Source of the DNA: a virus
Lineage: Duplodnaviria > Heunggongvirae > Uroviricota > Caudoviricetes
Strand: one strand, 5' to 3'
IMG/VR virus record: IMGVR_UViG_2531839474_000011
Length of the DNA: 8,076 nt
The notes under the pieces are model-generated. The model did no database searches, had not been told where the DNA came from, and saw only the letters and a list, made by a program, of their open reading frames with translations. A program made the position numbers and the translations under genes. How positions within the stretch are numbered: position 1 is the stretch's first letter; every line of letters starts with the position of its first letter. Positions 5,876 to 8,076 of the stretch are shown one piece after another.

Positions 5876-6093
5876 TTCGAACCTCTCTGTTTACTGATAA
5901 GCTCCAGAACTTCCTGGCAACTTGCACAAGTCCGACAACCCTGAACGGCCAGGCGTCTTCGCTCATCTATGGGATCGCCACACTCACAACAATGAGTGGC
6001 AGATATAGCCTGGTGGTCCAGGCGGCGCATTTTTATTGCTGTGTTGCGCTGTAATTCTTCAATTTCTGATGCTGAATCAATGATGTCTGCCAT
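5872..6093 (-). CDS. DksA/TraR-family C4 zinc-finger protein (73 aa), TraR-like RNA polymerase secondary-channel regulator
   Basis: MADIIDSASEIEELQRNTAIKMRRLDHQAISATHCCECGDPIDERRRLAVQGCRTCASCQEVLELISKQRGSK. CxxC-x14-CxxC spacing and 73-aa length, as in F-plasmid TraR and the lambda TraR homolog. Confidence 0.8.
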   Translation of the reverse strand: MADIIDSASEIEELQRNTAIKMRRLDHQAISATHCCECGDPIDERRRLAVQGCRTCASCQEVLELISKQRGSK

Positions 6094-6142
6094 CTTTCAT
6101 TAATCCCTGAATTGTTGGTTAATACGCTTGAGGGTGAATGCG

Positions 6143-6169
6143 AATAATAAAAAAGGAGCCTGTAGCTCC
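6143..6169 (-). terminator. putative intrinsic terminator (GGAGC-TACAG-GCTCC + TTTTTTATTATT)
   Basis: 5-bp GC-rich stem with a long T-run on the minus strand, in the 98-nt gap between the 93-aa ORF and the TraR-like gene. Confidence 0.35.
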
Positions 6170-6191
6170 ATGATGATTTTGTTTTTCATGC

Positions 6192-6473
6192 TCACCGTTC
6201 CTTAAAGACGCCGTTTAACATGCCGATCGCCAGGCTTAAATGAGTCGGTGTGAATCCCATCAGCGTTACCGTTTCGCGGTGCTTCTTCAGTACGCTACGG
6301 CAAATGTCATCGACGTTTTTATCCGGAAACTGCTGTCTGGCTTTTTTGATTTCAGAATTAGCCTGACGGGCAATGCTGCGAAGGGCGTTTTCCTGCTGAG
6401 GTGTCACTGAACAAGCCCCATGTCGGCAAGCATAAGCACACAGAATATGAAGCCCGCTGCCAGAAAAATGCAT
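6192..6473 (-). CDS. hypothetical protein (93 aa), start uncertain
   Basis: ORF MHFSGSGLHILCAYACRHGACSVTPQQENALRSIARQANSEIKKARQQFPDKNVDDICRSVLKKHRETVTLMGFTPTHLSLAIGMLNGVFKER. No clear Shine-Dalgarno at the ATG, which lies 10 nt after the orf63 stop, so coupling is possible. An alternative GTG start at V23 has a GGGG motif upstream. Confidence 0.45.
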   Translation of the reverse strand: MHFSGSGLHILCAYACRHGACSVTPQQENALRSIARQANSEIKKARQQFPDKNVDDICRSVLKKHRETVTLMGFTPTHLSLAIGMLNGVFKER

Positions 6474-6483
6474 TCAGTGGTTG

Positions 6484-6675
6484 TCATACCTGGTCTCTCT
6501 CATCTGCTTCTGCTTTCGCCACCATCATTTCCAGTTTTTGTGAAAGGGATGTGGCTAACGTATGAAATTCTTCGTCTGTTTCTACTGGTATTGGCACAAA
6601 CCTGATTCCAATTTGAGCAAGGCTATGTGCCATCTCGATACTCGTTCTTAACTCAACAGGAGATGCTTTGTGCAT
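6484..6675 (-). CDS. orf63: lambda Orf63-like protein (63 aa)
   Basis: [69 protein letters not shown] Shine-Dalgarno. Size, 28-nt overlap with the upstream gene and position relative to exo match lambda orf63. Confidence 0.7.
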   Translation of the reverse strand: MHKASPVELRTSIEMAHSLAQIGIRFVPIPVETDEEFHTLATSLSQKLEMMVAKAEADERDQV

Positions 6676-6830
6676 ACAGCCCCTCGTTTATTATTTATCT
6701 CCTCAGCCAGCCGCTGTGCTTTCAGTGGATTTCGGATAACAGAAAGGCCGGGAAATACCCAGCCTCGCTTTGTAACGGAGTAGACGAAAGTGATTGCGCC
6801 TACCCGGATATTATCGTGAGGATGCGTCAT
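6648..6830 (-). CDS. orf60a: lambda Orf60a-like protein (60 aa)
   Basis: [63 protein letters not shown] at 6830 forms an ATGA overlap with the exo stop, as in lambda. The ORF-track start two codons upstream (6836) is an alternative. Confidence 0.7.
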   Translation of the reverse strand: MTHPHDNIRVGAITFVYSVTKRGWVFPGLSVIRNPLKAQRLAEEINNKRGAVCTKHLLLS

Positions 6831-7507
6831 CGCCATTGCTCCCCAAATACAAAACCAATTTCAGCCAGTGCCTCGTCCATTTTTTCGATGAACTCCGGCA
6901 CCATCTCGTCAAAACTCGCCATGTACTTTTCATCCCGCTCAACCACGACATAATGCAGTCCTTCACGCTTCATACGCGGGTCATAGTTGGCAAAGTACCA
7001 GGCATCTTTTCGTGTCACCCACATGCTGTACTGCACCTGGGCCATGTAAGCCGACTTTATGGCCTCGAAACCACCGAGCCGGAACTTCATGAAATCCCGG
7101 GAGGTAAACGGGCATTTCAGCTCAAGGCCATTGCCGTCACTGCATAAACCATCGGGAGAGCAGGCGGTGCGCATACTTTCGTCGCGATAGATGATCGGGG
7201 ATTCAGTAACATTCACGCCGGAAGTGAATTCAAACAGGGTTCTGGCGTCGTTCTCGTACTGTTTTCCCCATGCCAGCGCCTTAGCATTAACTTCCGGAGC
7301 CACACCGGTGCAAACCTCAGCCAGCAGGGTGTGGAAGTAGGACATTTTCATGTCAGGCCACTTCTTTCCTGAGCGGGGCTTGGCTATCACGTTGTGAACT
7401 TCTGAAGCGGTGATGACGCCGAGCCGTAATTTGTGCCATGCATCATCCCCCTGTTCGACAGCTCTCACGTCGATCCCGGTACGCTGCAGGATAATGTCCG
7501 GTGTCAT
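6827..7507 (-). CDS. exo: lambda exonuclease (Red-alpha; 5'-3' dsDNA exonuclease)
   Basis: 226 aa, [69 protein letters not shown]...[11 protein letters not shown]. Recognised as lambda Exo. ATGA overlap with the bet stop. Confidence 0.95.
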   Translation of the reverse strand: MTPDIILQRTGIDVRAVEQGDDAWHKLRLGVITASEVHNVIAKPRSGKKWPDMKMSYFHTLLAEVCTGVAPEVNAKALAWGKQYENDARTLFEFTSGVNVTESPIIYRDESMRTACSPDGLCSDGNGLELKCPFTSRDFMKFRLGGFEAIKSAYMAQVQYSMWVTRKDAWYFANYDPRMKREGLHYVVVERDEKYMASFDEMVPEFIEKMDEALAEIGFVFGEQWR

Positions 7508-8076
7508 GCTGCCACCTTCTGCTCAGTGGCTTTCTGTTTCAGGAATCCAAGAGCTTTCACTGCTTCGGCCTGTGTCAGTTCTGACGATGCGCGAATGTCG
7601 CGGCGAAATATCTGGGAACAGAGCGGCAATAAGTCGTCATCCCATGTTTTGTCCAGGGCAATCAGCAGAGTGTTAATCTCCTGCATGGTTTCATCGTTAA
7701 CCGGAGTAATGTCGCGTTCCGGCTGACGTTCTGCGGTGTATGCGGTATTTTCGACAATGCGCTCGGCTTCATCCTTGTCATAGATACCAGCAAATCCGAA
7801 GGCCAGACGGGCACACTGAATCATGGCTTTATGCCGTAACATCCGTTTGGGATGCGACTGCCACGGCCCCGTAATTTCTCTGCCTTCGCGGGTTTTGAAT
7901 GGTTCGCGACGGCATTCATCCATCCACTCGGTAACGCAGATCGGATGATTACGGTCCTTGCGGTAAATCCGGCATGTACAGGATTCATTGTCCTGCTCAA
8001 AGTCCATGCCATCAAACTGCTGGTTTTCATTGATGATGCGGGACCAGCCATCAACGCCCACCACCGGAACGATGCC
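7504..8076 (-). CDS. bet: lambda Bet (Red-beta single-strand annealing protein), C-terminal 190 codons; 5' end lies beyond the window
   Basis: In-frame to the window edge, ending ...[26 protein letters not shown] with TGA at 7506-7504. Matches the lambda Bet C-terminus from memory. The ATG at 8064 in the ORF track is internal. Confidence 0.95.
   Translation of the reverse strand, partial: GIVPVVGVDGWSRIINENQQFDGMDFEQDNESCTCRIYRKDRNHPICVTEWMDECRREPFKTREGREITGPWQSHPKRMLRHKAMIQCARLAFGFAGIYDKDEAERIVENTAYTAERQPERDITPVNDETMQEINTLLIALDKTWDDDLLPLCSQIFRRDIRASSELTQAEAVKALGFLKQKATEQKVAA

Noticed and set aside
5091-5944. Plus-strand ORFs 5091..5285, 5137..5418, 5574..5858, 5729..5944
   Set aside because: Antisense to the coupled minus-strand genes; Ser/Arg/Cys-rich translations.
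6420-7147. Plus-strand ORFs 6420..6605, 6627..6953, 6794..7147
   Set aside because: Antisense to orf63, orf60a and exo.
7410-8054. ORFs 7410..7676 (+), 7433..7726 (+) and 7821..8054 (-, alternative frame)
   Set aside because: Overlap exo and bet in the wrong strand or frame.
1-8076. CRISPR array, tRNA or rRNA genes
   Set aside because: No regularly spaced direct repeats and no tRNA-like or rRNA-like sequence seen; lambda integrates at an intergenic att site, not a tRNA.

Overview
This window is the left (attL) junction of a lambda-type prophage integrated at the E. coli lambda attachment site, carrying an IS2 insertion and a mosaic accessory region. From left to right: the host lipoprotein gene ybhC (complete, minus strand); attL (15-bp core GCTTTTTTATACTAA with a B-type left arm and P'-type right arm); int and xis (minus strand, 23-nt overlap, cII-dependent pI promoter inside the xis 5' end); a complete 1331-bp IS2 (insC/insD on the plus strand) flanked by a 5-bp target duplication CTTTG, which cuts off the last 14 codons of a small phage accessory gene; then an accessory module on the minus strand (Cys4 zinc-ribbon ORF, 215-aa ORF, short Ea22-like ORF, DksA/TraR-family zinc-finger ORF, 93-aa ORF); then the conserved lambda block orf63-orf60a-exo-bet, with bet running off the right edge. 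All phage genes are on the minus strand, consistent with the pL leftward operon. Protein identities are recognised from memory, not from a search. No tRNA, rRNA or CRISPR array was seen. The most interesting part is the accessory module between xis and orf63, which I do not recognise as lambda's ea8.5/ea22 region, together with the IS2 insertion that separates xis/int from upstream pL transcription.
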